NCBI GenBank assembly: GCA_009776305.1
Contig: WRLY01000003.1
Location: 72,068-136,067 of the forward strand
Length of the DNA: 64,000 bases
Source of the DNA: Oscillospiraceae bacterium
GTDB lineage: Bacteria > Bacillota > Clostridia > Oscillospirales > Ruminococcaceae
Reading direction: 5' to 3'
Shown piece after piece: positions 39,303 through 48,208 of this stretch. The position numbers and the translations under genes were made by a program. The notes below the pieces were generated by a model, which did no database searches, was not told the origin of the DNA, and saw nothing but the letters and a program-made list of their open reading frames with translations. Position 1 is the stretch's first letter; every line of letters starts with the position of its first letter.

Positions 39303-40349
39303 TTACCCCTTAAAAATCAAATACCACAGATAAATTCCATAACAAAAGAGCAGTTTTGCCGCTCCGGATTTTGTAAGGGCTTTGTTTTTAAACATAACCA
39401 TTAATAAAAATACCGAGGAGAGTATCATAACAATGCAGTCAAATATAAATTCCGAGGTGAATTCAAGGGGAACGGAGGAAATCATTCCCGATATTCCGAG
39501 TACAAACACGATATTGAATATATTACTGCCGAGAATATTGCCAATCGCAAGGTCGGCTTTTCCCTTTTTTGCGGCAGCGACGCTCGTAATCAGCTCAGGC
39601 AACGAAGTGCCTACCGCCATAAGTGTAAGTCCTATTATACGGTCTGAAATCCCTATGGCGTGCGCTACATTTTCAGCGCCGTAAATAGCCGCATCGCTTC
39701 CCAAAACTATTGCCGCAAGCCCTAAAACAATTAACAACGTAATTTTAAAAACCGAATCCTTTGGAATCGACGCCGTAGCTTCGCCCGGGGCTGAAACCGG
39801 ACCGGGAGAAATTAAGGCGATTTTTGAATCAGAGGAGATTTTAATAGTATAAACGATATATCCTATAAAAATTAAAAATAAGAACAGCAAAATTAAACTG
39901 TCGAATTTACTGATTCCGCCGCCAATGACTCCGAGTACGGTCAGGACGACAGAGGTTAATATAACGAAAGGAATTTCAAACCTCATAGTATTTTTCTGCG
40001 CGGGAAGGCGCATAAAAAAGCCCGTCATGCCGAGAACAATAAGAATATTGAAAATATTGCTACCAACAACATTCCCGATTGCCATTCCGGCGTTGTTCCG
40101 AACGGCGGCGGTGACAGAAACCGCCGCTTCGGGCGCACTGGTTCCGAAAGCCACAATGGTGAGCCCTATTACAATGAGCGGGATTTTTAGCCTTTCTGCC
40201 GCCTTTACTGCGCCGTCCACAAAAATATCGGCGCCTTTTATTAAAAGATAGAACCCCAAGACCACAAAAACTGCCGAAGCGGCAAGAAATAAAAACCCCT
40301 CGGCTTGTTCCCCGAAAACTTTGTCCACAACATAAGCGGTGATGTCCAT
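39303..40349 (-). CDS. Calcium/sodium antiporter (YrbG-like)
   Basis: Two alpha repeats, GTSAPE...GNVVGSNIFN and GTSLPE...GNILGSNIFN. Confidence 0.93.
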   Translation of the reverse strand: MDITAYVVDKVFGEQAEGFLFLAASAVFVVLGFYLLIKGADIFVDGAVKAAERLKIPLIVIGLTIVAFGTSAPEAAVSVTAAVRNNAGMAIGNVVGSNIFNILIVLGMTGFFMRLPAQKNTMRFEIPFVILTSVVLTVLGVIGGGISKFDSLILLFLFLIFIGYIVYTIKISSDSKIALISPGPVSAPGEATASIPKDSVFKITLLIVLGLAAIVLGSDAAIYGAENVAHAIGISDRIIGLTLMAVGTSLPELITSVAAAKKGKADLAIGNILGSNIFNIVFVLGISGMISSVPLEFTSEFIFDCIVMILSSVFLLMVMFKNKALTKSGAAKLLFCYGIYLWYLIFKG

Positions 40350-40393
40350 TGCTTTTAATTGCTCCTTTATTTTTACTTCAATTGTTACGATTT

Positions 40394-40610
40394 AAAACGC
40401 TAAAGCGTTTGGGTGGGTGATTTCATTATAACATAAAGCGGCTGTAAAATCGAAGATTTTACTCCGGCGCAACCGCGCCGAGTTTTGCGTGTACGCAAAA
40501 CAGCCGTTTCCGTTGAAATAAAATCACTGTTTCGGCTTGCCGAAACCGACCGCTTTGCGGTCACAAAACGCTAAAGCGTTTGGGTGGGTGATTTTATTAT
40601 AACATAAAGC
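40394..40610 (-). mobile_element. 171-bp multi-hairpin element, copy A, plus a partial head-to-tail second unit
   Basis: 8 differences in 171 bp from the reverse complement of 47996-48166; 46-bp direct repeat at 40394-40439 and 40565-40610; begins right after the -10 box of TTGCAT-17-TATAAT. Confidence 0.8.
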
Positions 40611-40638
40611 CGAAAATTATGCAAATTTGTGCCGAATT

Positions 40639-40720
40639 ATTACAAAACGATTACAATTCAGAAACAAAATGATTACAGTTTTCCGAAAAGCATTGACTTT
40701 TAAAGCGGGTGTATTATAAT
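40639..40720 (+). promoter_or_regulatory. Tandem WalR-like boxes and a sigmaA promoter
   Basis: ATTACA-N5-ATTACA (40639-40655), GAAACA-N5-ATTACA (40661-40677), then TTGACT-16-TATAAT (40693-40720). Confidence 0.5.
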
Positions 40721-41087
40721 TAAATAAAGTATTACAAAAAACATAATTTATTATAAATCATTCAATCAGGTAGCATGAAAAGAAACTTTTATAGGCGGGA
40801 AAAGGTTAGGCGTTGTGCAAAACATGCCTGACCTTTTCTTATTTTGCAATCTTTTTGAAAGAAGGTTTTAAGAACCGAAATTCAATAATTAAGAATCTCA
40901 AATGCAAAATTGACCTCTTATTCCCTTTTTATGACATTTCACTCCAAAATGATTGAAAGATAAAATTTATTGTGCTATAATTACCTTTATTTAAATTCGA
41001 CATGTTTTGCTTTTTTAAAAAACAATTTAAGTGCAGGGGAAATATATTCCATGTCCCGTTGATGCCGGGAAGGAGTGGCATATTAAG

Positions 41088-41465
41088 ATGAACGAAGAAT
41101 TTGTCCGAAATCGCATCACGGAATTAAGGTTGCGTAAGGGCGTTTCTGAATATAAAATGAGCTATGATTTAGGGCGAAGCCGCGGGTATATGTATAATAT
41201 TTCTTCCGGAAAGTCACAACCTCCACTGAAAGAATTATTTTTGATAATTGATTATTTCGGCATAACACCGGCTGAATTTTTCGACGGTCAAAATCGTTAT
41301 CCCGATTTGACCAAAAAAATTGTCAGCATAATTAATGAACTGAATGATGAAGATTTTGAGGTCTTGATGAGTGTAATTGGAAGAATTGGCTTATTGAGGG
41401 GGATAGTTAATGATTTATCTCGAAATTGCGAATGTAATCAGGATATGCAAAAAGCTGACTCTTGA
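41088..41465 (+). CDS. XRE-family HTH regulator
   Basis: RNRITELRLRKGVSEYKMSYDLGRSRGYMYNISSGKSQP; start ATG 41088. Confidence 0.9.
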   Translation: MNEEFVRNRITELRLRKGVSEYKMSYDLGRSRGYMYNISSGKSQPPLKELFLIIDYFGITPAEFFDGQNRYPDLTKKIVSIINELNDEDFEVLMSVIGRIGLLRGIVNDLSRNCECNQDMQKADS

Positions 41466-41531
41466 TAAAAATTATAGCCCATTTCAAAAATAATGCTATT
41501 TTTTCAATGATTTATAATTATTGTCCCCAAA

Positions 41532-41583
41532 AACATAATAAAAATGACGCGATTTTAATAAACTGCGTCATTTTTATTATGTT
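41532..41583. terminator. Bidirectional terminator
   Basis: AACATAATAAAAATGACGC ... GCGTCATTTTTATTATGTT between convergent genes. Confidence 0.8.
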
Positions 41584-41590
41584 CTGAAAC

Positions 41591-43645
41591 TTAAAATACC
41601 AATGTCTGCATTATCTCAATATCCTTTACCCCTAACTTTGCAGAAACAATTTTATCGTTCGCAACCGCGTAAAGAAAATCGCCGATGTAAAGCCCGCGTT
41701 GAAAATGCCCGTTGTGAATATTGTAATCGTAGCTCAGGTTGTTGTAATCCGTCCTGATTTCACCCATCAGCGTGAAACCGTCACGCTCGTCATACGAGAA
41801 TACAACGTATGCAAAACCGCCTCCCCATGAGTAATCCGCATAACCGCTATAATCACTGTATTCATAATTATACGGAAAAGCGATTATGTTTTTATCCGGC
41901 GAAACAAGAATAGCTTTATGGTCGCGCTCCGCTATGCTGTAAAACCACGAGTAGCGGTTTTGATTCGGGTTTTCCATATCAATTATATAAACATGCCGCT
42001 CGGAAAGGTCTTCATTGTCGGAAACATCAAACATGGACACTTTAAGACCCGTTCTTCTGCCTGTCTCTTCGCAAGCCTCAACACCTACGCCGAGAAGTGA
42101 GTTATCACTCCATTTGTGCAAATAACGTGAAAAACCCGGAATTTTGAGTTCACTAAGCATTATGGGATTCTCGGGGTCGCTCATGTCGAACGCGAACAGA
42201 GGGTCGGTCAAAAGAAATGTAACTACATAGGCAATTTCTTTTTCAAAGCGCACTGATTGAACCATTTCATCTCCACCTATTCCGCTGATTTCGGAAAGTA
42301 TGTTTAAATTCTTGTCAAGCGCATAAAGCGAGCCGCCCTGTGAGTCCCAACGCCGATTGTTGCCGTTTCCCCACACCTGAGTAACAACGCGGAATATGCC
42401 GTCATATTCGTCCATGTAGAACTGGGTTTCTATACTGCCCCTGACTTTACCTGTTGCGGCGTGTTTAATCTGCCCTTTGTCAACCCCGAACTTATTTATT
42501 ACTGTAAAATTTTCGGAAAAACCATTTATTGTTTGGTTTGCCCATGATGTAATATAAATATTTTCAAAAGAGGAGTATATTATGTTTGAACCGCCCAAAT
42601 TTGCCTCAGCCGATACAAGCATATCGGTTTTGTTTACATTAAGCCCTGATATTACCGTATATTGAATATTATCGAGCCTTTCCGGCAGGACAATACAATC
42701 AGCCCCCAAATAAGCTCTTCTGCCGTTGAGCGTGTAAGCCGGTATATAAACATCGTAATCCTCAACGGCAAAATCCACGCTCAAAAGCGGCGAATAGTCG
42801 GTTATCAGATAAATAATGTTTTCTATCATACGCGAGGAGGAATATCTGCCGTCCTGCGTATATGATGAAACCGGTTGCTTGAAATTGCCATTGGTATCAT
42901 AAATCTCAACAACGGTTTCATATTTCCACCGGTATCCCCAATGGTGATAATCCCGGTTAGCGTCCGAAATATTAGCTTTGTCATTGACCCGCTTGTTCCA
43001 AATAACAATTAATTTTTTATTATAGAGTAGCAATTCAACGGGGGTGGCGTCTTCTTTTTTAAGGGTTGCAAGCTTAGACATTTTTCCGTTATCGGTTTTT
43101 ACCACGCTTACGTTATTAAGGTGAAGCGAGGCGAAATATATATTTTTGCCGTCGGTCTTGACTATATCGCCCTCTTGTATGCCCTCAATCTGATTGTTTG
43201 TATCCGAAAAAGTTTTAGAATTCTCCGCAGAGTTCGCACCTGTTGCAAAATCGGCTTCAGGAGATTCAGCGGCGACGGCTCGTGGGGCGTTAGTTTCGGA
43301 AACGGCAAAGTCGCCGAATACTTCAAATTCATAATTATAATCTCTGTAATATAAATAATCCTGCTCTGCCCTTTCTTTTATTAATTCATATATTTTACTG
43401 TAATCGCTGTTGAGCGGTTTGGAGTCTTCGGTTTTAACCGCTTTACCGCCGTTATTACCTAAGAACTTGAACCTTTCAAATAAGTTTTGCGTCTTTTGGG
43501 TGCTTAGTAACGAGTTTGTTTCGTCATAATGGCTTTTATGCGAAAGTTCGCCGCTGTTTTCAATGTAACCCCAACCGGAATCACATGACGCAGAAAAAAG
43601 TATGAGTATAGCTAAAGATAGTGTAAAAATTACGCGCTTTTTCAT
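41591..43645 (-). CDS. Lipoprotein with beta-propeller domain
   Basis: Lipobox FSASC, TNNQIEGIQEGDIVKTDG, QFYMDEY, YVVTF..TDPLF, ELKIPGFSRYLH. Confidence 0.9.
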   Translation of the reverse strand: MKKRVIFTLSLAILILFSASCDSGWGYIENSGELSHKSHYDETNSLLSTQKTQNLFERFKFLGNNGGKAVKTEDSKPLNSDYSKIYELIKERAEQDYLYYRDYNYEFEVFGDFAVSETNAPRAVAAESPEADFATGANSAENSKTFSDTNNQIEGIQEGDIVKTDGKNIYFASLHLNNVSVVKTDNGKMSKLATLKKEDATPVELLLYNKKLIVIWNKRVNDKANISDANRDYHHWGYRWKYETVVEIYDTNGNFKQPVSSYTQDGRYSSSRMIENIIYLITDYSPLLSVDFAVEDYDVYIPAYTLNGRRAYLGADCIVLPERLDNIQYTVISGLNVNKTDMLVSAEANLGGSNIIYSSFENIYITSWANQTINGFSENFTVINKFGVDKGQIKHAATGKVRGSIETQFYMDEYDGIFRVVTQVWGNGNNRRWDSQGGSLYALDKNLNILSEISGIGGDEMVQSVRFEKEIAYVVTFLLTDPLFAFDMSDPENPIMLSELKIPGFSRYLHKWSDNSLLGVGVEACEETGRRTGLKVSMFDVSDNEDLSERHVYIIDMENPNQNRYSWFYSIAERDHKAILVSPDKNIIAFPYNYEYSDYSGYADYSWGGGFAYVVFSYDERDGFTLMGEIRTDYNNLSYDYNIHNGHFQRGLYIGDFLYAVANDKIVSAKLGVKDIEIMQTLVF

Positions 43646-43699
43646 TGTCGGATACCTCCTTAAACTCATATAAACAAGTGAAATTTACCTTTATATCTA

Positions 43700-43729
43700 T
43701 AACACAACGCAAACCTATAAAAGGTTGCA
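43700..43729 (-). promoter_or_regulatory. Putative ECF-sigma promoter
   Basis: TGCAACCT-N11-GCGT-T-GTGTTA; matches 24451-24480 at 21/30 positions with identical spacing. Confidence 0.6.
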
Positions 43730-43870
43730 CTTTAGAATTGAAATATTTAATATAAATACCCTGCCGTGTTGCGAAAACCGAGCAACATAATTAAAAACCC
43801 GCCCTACCTTAATAGTAGAGCAGATTTTCCGTTATTACACTCGTTTTATCAAAGACAAACCGTAAACATA

Positions 43871-43905
43871 AATATCCTCACAACTTTTTGGGTTGTGAGG
43901 ATATT
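43871..43905 (-). terminator. Hairpin downstream of the tRNA
   Basis: AATATCCTCACAAC ... GTTGTGAGGATATT, 14-bp stem. Confidence 0.75.
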
Positions 43906-43925
43906 GCCTGCGGCGGCTCGCCGCC

Positions 43926-43998
43926 TGACCCACCCGCGACTCGAACGCGGGACACCCTGCTTAAAAGGCAGGTGCTCTGCCGGCTGAGCTAGTGGGTC
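43926..43998 (-). tRNA. tRNA-Lys (anticodon UUU), CCA not encoded
   Basis: Cloverleaf GACCCACTAGCTCAGCCGGCAGAGCACCTGCCTTTTAAGCAGGGTGTCCCGCGTTCGAGTCGCGGGTGGGTCA. Confidence 0.97.
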
Positions 43999-44039
43999 AT
44001 AAAAATTCAATGCTTTTTTGTTATAGCCATAACAAAGTA

Positions 44040-44068
44040 ATTATATCAGATGTCGCAACGATTGTCAA
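44040..44068 (-). promoter_or_regulatory. Consensus sigmaA promoter of tRNA-Lys
   Basis: TTGACA-17-TATAAT with extended TG. Confidence 0.9.
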
Positions 44069-44209
44069 CCGCTTTTTGCAAAAAAAATCAAAAATCGCCT
44101 GAATGTCCGAACAATGTCTGTTTTAAACAAAACACTTGACTTTTGGCGTAATATTTAGTACAATTTAAATAATAGAATGCAATATTTCGGAAACCCGCTT
44201 GGAGAGCTT

Positions 44210-45430
44210 ATGCTAAAATTTTACACAGCGTTCACAAGGGAAATTGACCATCCCGAAGCGGCAGTACAGGAAATTGTCCGTCAGCTTGAACCTGCCCGAA
44301 ACGCCCTTAAAAATACTGTCGGGATTGTCCATTTTTGCCTTGACTTCGCCACAAACGAGACCTGGAAATTGCTTATTGCAGCCCTGCCATTTGAACTTGT
44401 GGGCTGTTTATCCGCCTGTATATCAATAAACGGCGAATATAGCGACTGCGCGGTATCGGTCACGATGATTACAAGCGATGATGTTTGCTTTTCCGTCAGG
44501 GCGATTGACAACATACATACTAAAACCGCCGAAGAAACTACGGGCGAGTTTTTGAAGCTGTTTAATGAATTCTCCCACGGGAAAAAAGAAAAACCCGCGA
44601 TGGTTTTGCAGTTTATGTCGTCTTTGCCGAATTTTTCGAGCAACGATTTATACGACGCCATCAGAACAGTTGACGACCCGTGCCTGATTTTCGGAATGTG
44701 CGCGTTAAACATAGGCGGCAAACCCGGCACGAATTTAGTACTGGCAGACGGCAAAATTTCTTCCTCCATGTGCGCTATGGTTGCTTTTTACGGCGACATA
44801 AATATAAAATACCACATAGATATGTCTATTATATTTGACGAAACCTACGGGGAAGAAGCTAAAATCACCGAAGCGGAAGGCGCTGTTTTGAAAAGCGTAA
44901 ACGATATGCCCGCTTTGGAGTATTTTAAGCAAAAAGGTCTGATTTCCTCCGGCAATGAGGAAACCGGAACAGGAATAGCGGCAGTTCCGGCGATTATGAC
45001 CTACAAAAACGGCACAAAAGTCGCCTGTTCTTTCCTTGGAGTGGTCGAAGGTACTCAGCATCTTTTCGCGGCGAGGTCTTTGGAAGACGGTGCGAAAATA
45101 GTCTTTTCTTACCTTGACGGTGAAAAGACCCTCCGCCGCGCCGAAGTTTTAATGAGGGAAATATGCGAAGACGGGCAGGTTGACTACGCTATGATTTTCA
45201 GTAATGTGGCGAGGGCGTGGTCTTGCTCCAATATTATGGCAGAGTCACAGAAAATTGCCGGTTTCGCGAAAACCTACAAGCTACTTAAGGGCACGCCCCT
45301 GAGATACAGTTTAGCTTATGCAGGCGGCGAGCTTGGTCCCGTGCGTGATGTGGAAGGTAATTTTATAAACATGCCGCATAATTATTCGATTATCGCCTGT
45401 TCTTTTAAAAGTTCTTTAATTTCCGAATAA
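44210..45430 (+). CDS. FIST-domain sensory protein
   Basis: FTREID, LPFELVGC, ITEAEGAVLKSVNDMPALEYF, FSNVAR, AYAGGELGP...HNYSIIAC. Confidence 0.82.
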   Translation: MLKFYTAFTREIDHPEAAVQEIVRQLEPARNALKNTVGIVHFCLDFATNETWKLLIAALPFELVGCLSACISINGEYSDCAVSVTMITSDDVCFSVRAIDNIHTKTAEETTGEFLKLFNEFSHGKKEKPAMVLQFMSSLPNFSSNDLYDAIRTVDDPCLIFGMCALNIGGKPGTNLVLADGKISSSMCAMVAFYGDINIKYHIDMSIIFDETYGEEAKITEAEGAVLKSVNDMPALEYFKQKGLISSGNEETGTGIAAVPAIMTYKNGTKVACSFLGVVEGTQHLFAARSLEDGAKIVFSYLDGEKTLRRAEVLMREICEDGQVDYAMIFSNVARAWSCSNIMAESQKIAGFAKTYKLLKGTPLRYSLAYAGGELGPVRDVEGNFINMPHNYSIIACSFKSSLISE

Positions 45431-45520
45431 GTCTGAGAATCTGTATTCAATACCTAAAATATGGGCGTTTAGCGGTATTGAATACAAGTTCTAATCCTAA
45501 TTTTAAGGAGTCTCCGCCCA

Positions 45521-47932
45521 ATGGAACAAACCGAGTTAAAGAATACGCTTGCGGAGGAAACAGCCGCTCTTAAAGAAGAAAACCGCAAGTTAAAGTCCGA
45601 ACTGCGTACCATGACACGGGAGCTTAATCAGCGCAAGCGGTCTATTTCCGTAATGGAAAGCAACTTCAACGTCAAGATGAATATGTTCCGCTCTCTTGCC
45701 GCCGAGAACGAAAAACGCCGCAGTTTCTTGAAACACATGATGAAAAACAGCGAGGATTTTCTGATTTTATTAGACAATCAGCGCAATATAGCCTATTGCT
45801 CGGATATGTTCCTGCGAAAAATTAATGTGGAATATTTCAGTGAGGTTGAGGGGAAAAACATATTCAGGGTGTATGAAACTTTCGCGAAAGGCGATTTTCT
45901 CGAAACCATAAAATTCGGATTTATCGAGGCTGTCGAAAGAAATTCCACCTGCCGCCAGGACGTCGTAGCCGACATCTGCGACAACGGTGAATACAGAGCC
46001 TACCGCATTACAAATACCCCCATGATAGACGATGGATTAAGCGGATTTATCATCAACTGGACTGATACCACCGACATCATGACCGCCAGAAATGAAGCCG
46101 AAAAAGCCAATAAAGGCAAAAGTAACTTCCTTGCCATTATGTCTCATGAAATCCGCACACCCTTGAATGCCATTATCGGCATAGCGCAAATAGGACTTCA
46201 AAGAGGCGACCTGCCCAAAAGACACGCCGAGGCTCTTGACAGAATCTACAGCTCGGGTAACAGCCTTTTGGGTATTGTCAACGATATTCTTGATTTGTCT
46301 AAAATTGAAACCGGAAAATTAGAGCTTAATCCCTCCGAGTACGATATACCCAGTCTTATTAACGACGCGGTTCAGGTCAATATCGTAAGAATCGGCGTGA
46401 AAGACATTAATTTTATGGTTGAAGCCGACAAAAACCTGCCGGCAAAACTTTACGGCGATGAATTGCGCTTGAAGCAAATTTTGAACAACCTGCTTTCCAA
46501 CGCGATTAAATACACCGACAGCGGCTTTGTTAAGCTTTCGGTAACCCATACCGTATTTGAACCGGAAGTCCATAGTGGATATAAAAGAGATATAATTGAT
46601 TTTGATGACGACAATGAAAACGATGTGGTTCTACGGTTCAGCGTAAGTGATTCGGGTTACGGTTTAAAACAGGAAGACAAAGAAAAGCTGTTTTCAGATT
46701 ACCTGCGCTTTGTTTCCATGGCAAACCGTTCCACTGAAGGAGTAGGTCTCGGCTTGTCTATAACCAAAAATCTTGTGGAAATGATGGACGGCAAAATTGA
46801 AGTAAAAAGCGAATACGGCGAAGGCAGTACTTTTACGGTTGAAGTGACGCAAAAAAGCGTACCCTGCCCTGCGATAGGTTCGGAAACCTCGGAACAGCTC
46901 AAAAATTTCACTTTCGGTCTCGGCATCAGTAATCTGCGGAAAAACCCCGAAATTACCCGTAACATAATGCCCTACGGCAGGGTTCTTGTAGTTGACGACG
47001 CTGAGACTAATTTATATGTCGCGAGAGGCTTATTAGCACCTTATAAACTTACAGTGAGAACAGCGGTGAGCGGTTTTTCGGCAATCGACCTGATAAAATC
47101 GGGCAGGAAATACGATATAATTTTCATGGACCACATGATGCCGCAAATGGACGGTATTGAAACAACAAAAAAGCTCCGCTCTCTCGGATACAGAGGAACT
47201 ATAATCGCGCTGACCGCAAACGCGCTTGCGGGCAACGCCGAACTATTCGCTAAAAACGGGTTTGATGATTTTGTGCCTAAGCCAATTGATACCCAACACC
47301 TTAATACTGTTTTGGATAAATATATTAAGGACAAATATCCTGAAGAAGCTAAAAAATACGCCGACCAAACGCAAACCGACCCGCAAAACAATATACTTCA
47401 AATAAGCCCCAAATTGCTTGAAGTCTTCCGTGTTGACGCACAAAACGCCGTAACCACTCTCAGGCAATCCATAAAGAACAACGACTTAAAAATATTCACA
47501 ACCACCGTCCATGCAATGAAGTCTGCATTAGCCAATATAGGAGAGGAAGAACTGTCCGAAGTTGCGCTCGGGCTTGAAAAAGCGGGACTTAGCGATGACA
47601 GAAGCTTTATTTCAAAAAACGCAGAAAATTTTATTGAAATGTTAGAAAGCTTTGCAGACGCTTTAACCCAAACCGATTCCGAAACCGATGACAATGACGG
47701 CGGCGAGGAGCTTTTCGGAAGTGCCGAATACTTAAACGAGCAACTGAAAATTATAGCCGCCGCCTGCGGAGATTACGACGACTCTACGGCTTACACCGCA
47801 CTCAATCTGCTGAAAGAAAAGCACTGGAAGAAAAAAATCGCCGACGGACTGGAAGAAATCCGCAATATGCTGTTTTTACACAGCGATTTTGAGGAAGCGG
47901 AAAAAAGAGCTAAAGAAATAATGGATAGTTGA
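45521..47932 (+). CDS. Hybrid histidine kinase (PAS-HisKA-HATPase-REC-Hpt-like)
   Basis: MSHEIRTPLN, NLLSNAIKYT, GVGLGL, VVDD/FMDHMMP/KP receiver, VHAMKSA; no TM segment. Confidence 0.95.
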   Translation: MEQTELKNTLAEETAALKEENRKLKSELRTMTRELNQRKRSISVMESNFNVKMNMFRSLAAENEKRRSFLKHMMKNSEDFLILLDNQRNIAYCSDMFLRKINVEYFSEVEGKNIFRVYETFAKGDFLETIKFGFIEAVERNSTCRQDVVADICDNGEYRAYRITNTPMIDDGLSGFIINWTDTTDIMTARNEAEKANKGKSNFLAIMSHEIRTPLNAIIGIAQIGLQRGDLPKRHAEALDRIYSSGNSLLGIVNDILDLSKIETGKLELNPSEYDIPSLINDAVQVNIVRIGVKDINFMVEADKNLPAKLYGDELRLKQILNNLLSNAIKYTDSGFVKLSVTHTVFEPEVHSGYKRDIIDFDDDNENDVVLRFSVSDSGYGLKQEDKEKLFSDYLRFVSMANRSTEGVGLGLSITKNLVEMMDGKIEVKSEYGEGSTFTVEVTQKSVPCPAIGSETSEQLKNFTFGLGISNLRKNPEITRNIMPYGRVLVVDDAETNLYVARGLLAPYKLTVRTAVSGFSAIDLIKSGRKYDIIFMDHMMPQMDGIETTKKLRSLGYRGTIIALTANALAGNAELFAKNGFDDFVPKPIDTQHLNTVLDKYIKDKYPEEAKKYADQTQTDPQNNILQISPKLLEVFRVDAQNAVTTLRQSIKNNDLKIFTTTVHAMKSALANIGEEELSEVALGLEKAGLSDDRSFISKNAENFIEMLESFADALTQTDSETDDNDGGEELFGSAEYLNEQLKIIAAACGDYDDSTAYTALNLLKEKHWKKKIADGLEEIRNMLFLHSDFEEAEKRAKEIMDS

Positions 47933-47982
47933 TGATGAATTGAGAAAACGGCAGAATTCAAACCCGTTGACGAAACAGCGGG

Positions 47983-48166
47983 TTTATGTTATAATAAAAT
48001 CACCCACCCAAACGCTTTAGCGTTTGACGACCGCAAAGCGGTCGGTTTCGGTAAGCCGAAACGGTGATTTTATTTCAACGGAAACGGCTGTTTTGCGTAC
48101 ACGCAAAACCCGACGCGGTTGCGCCGGAGTAAAATCTTTGATTTTACAGCCGCTTTATGTTATAAT
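47983..48166 (+). mobile_element. 171-bp multi-hairpin element, copy B, flanked by the 13-bp direct repeat TTTATGTTATAAT
   Basis: Direct repeats at 47983-47995 and 48154-48166; upstream promoter TTGACG-17-TATAAT; element-encoded TTGATT-17-TATAAT at its end. Confidence 0.8.
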
Positions 48167-48208
48167 AATAAAGACATAAAATTTAAAACAAAAAAGGAGA
48201 ATAATAAC

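Noticed and set aside
43926-43998. tRNA-Lys as an island integration site
   Set aside because: I saw no duplicated tRNA 3' end and no adjacent integrase.
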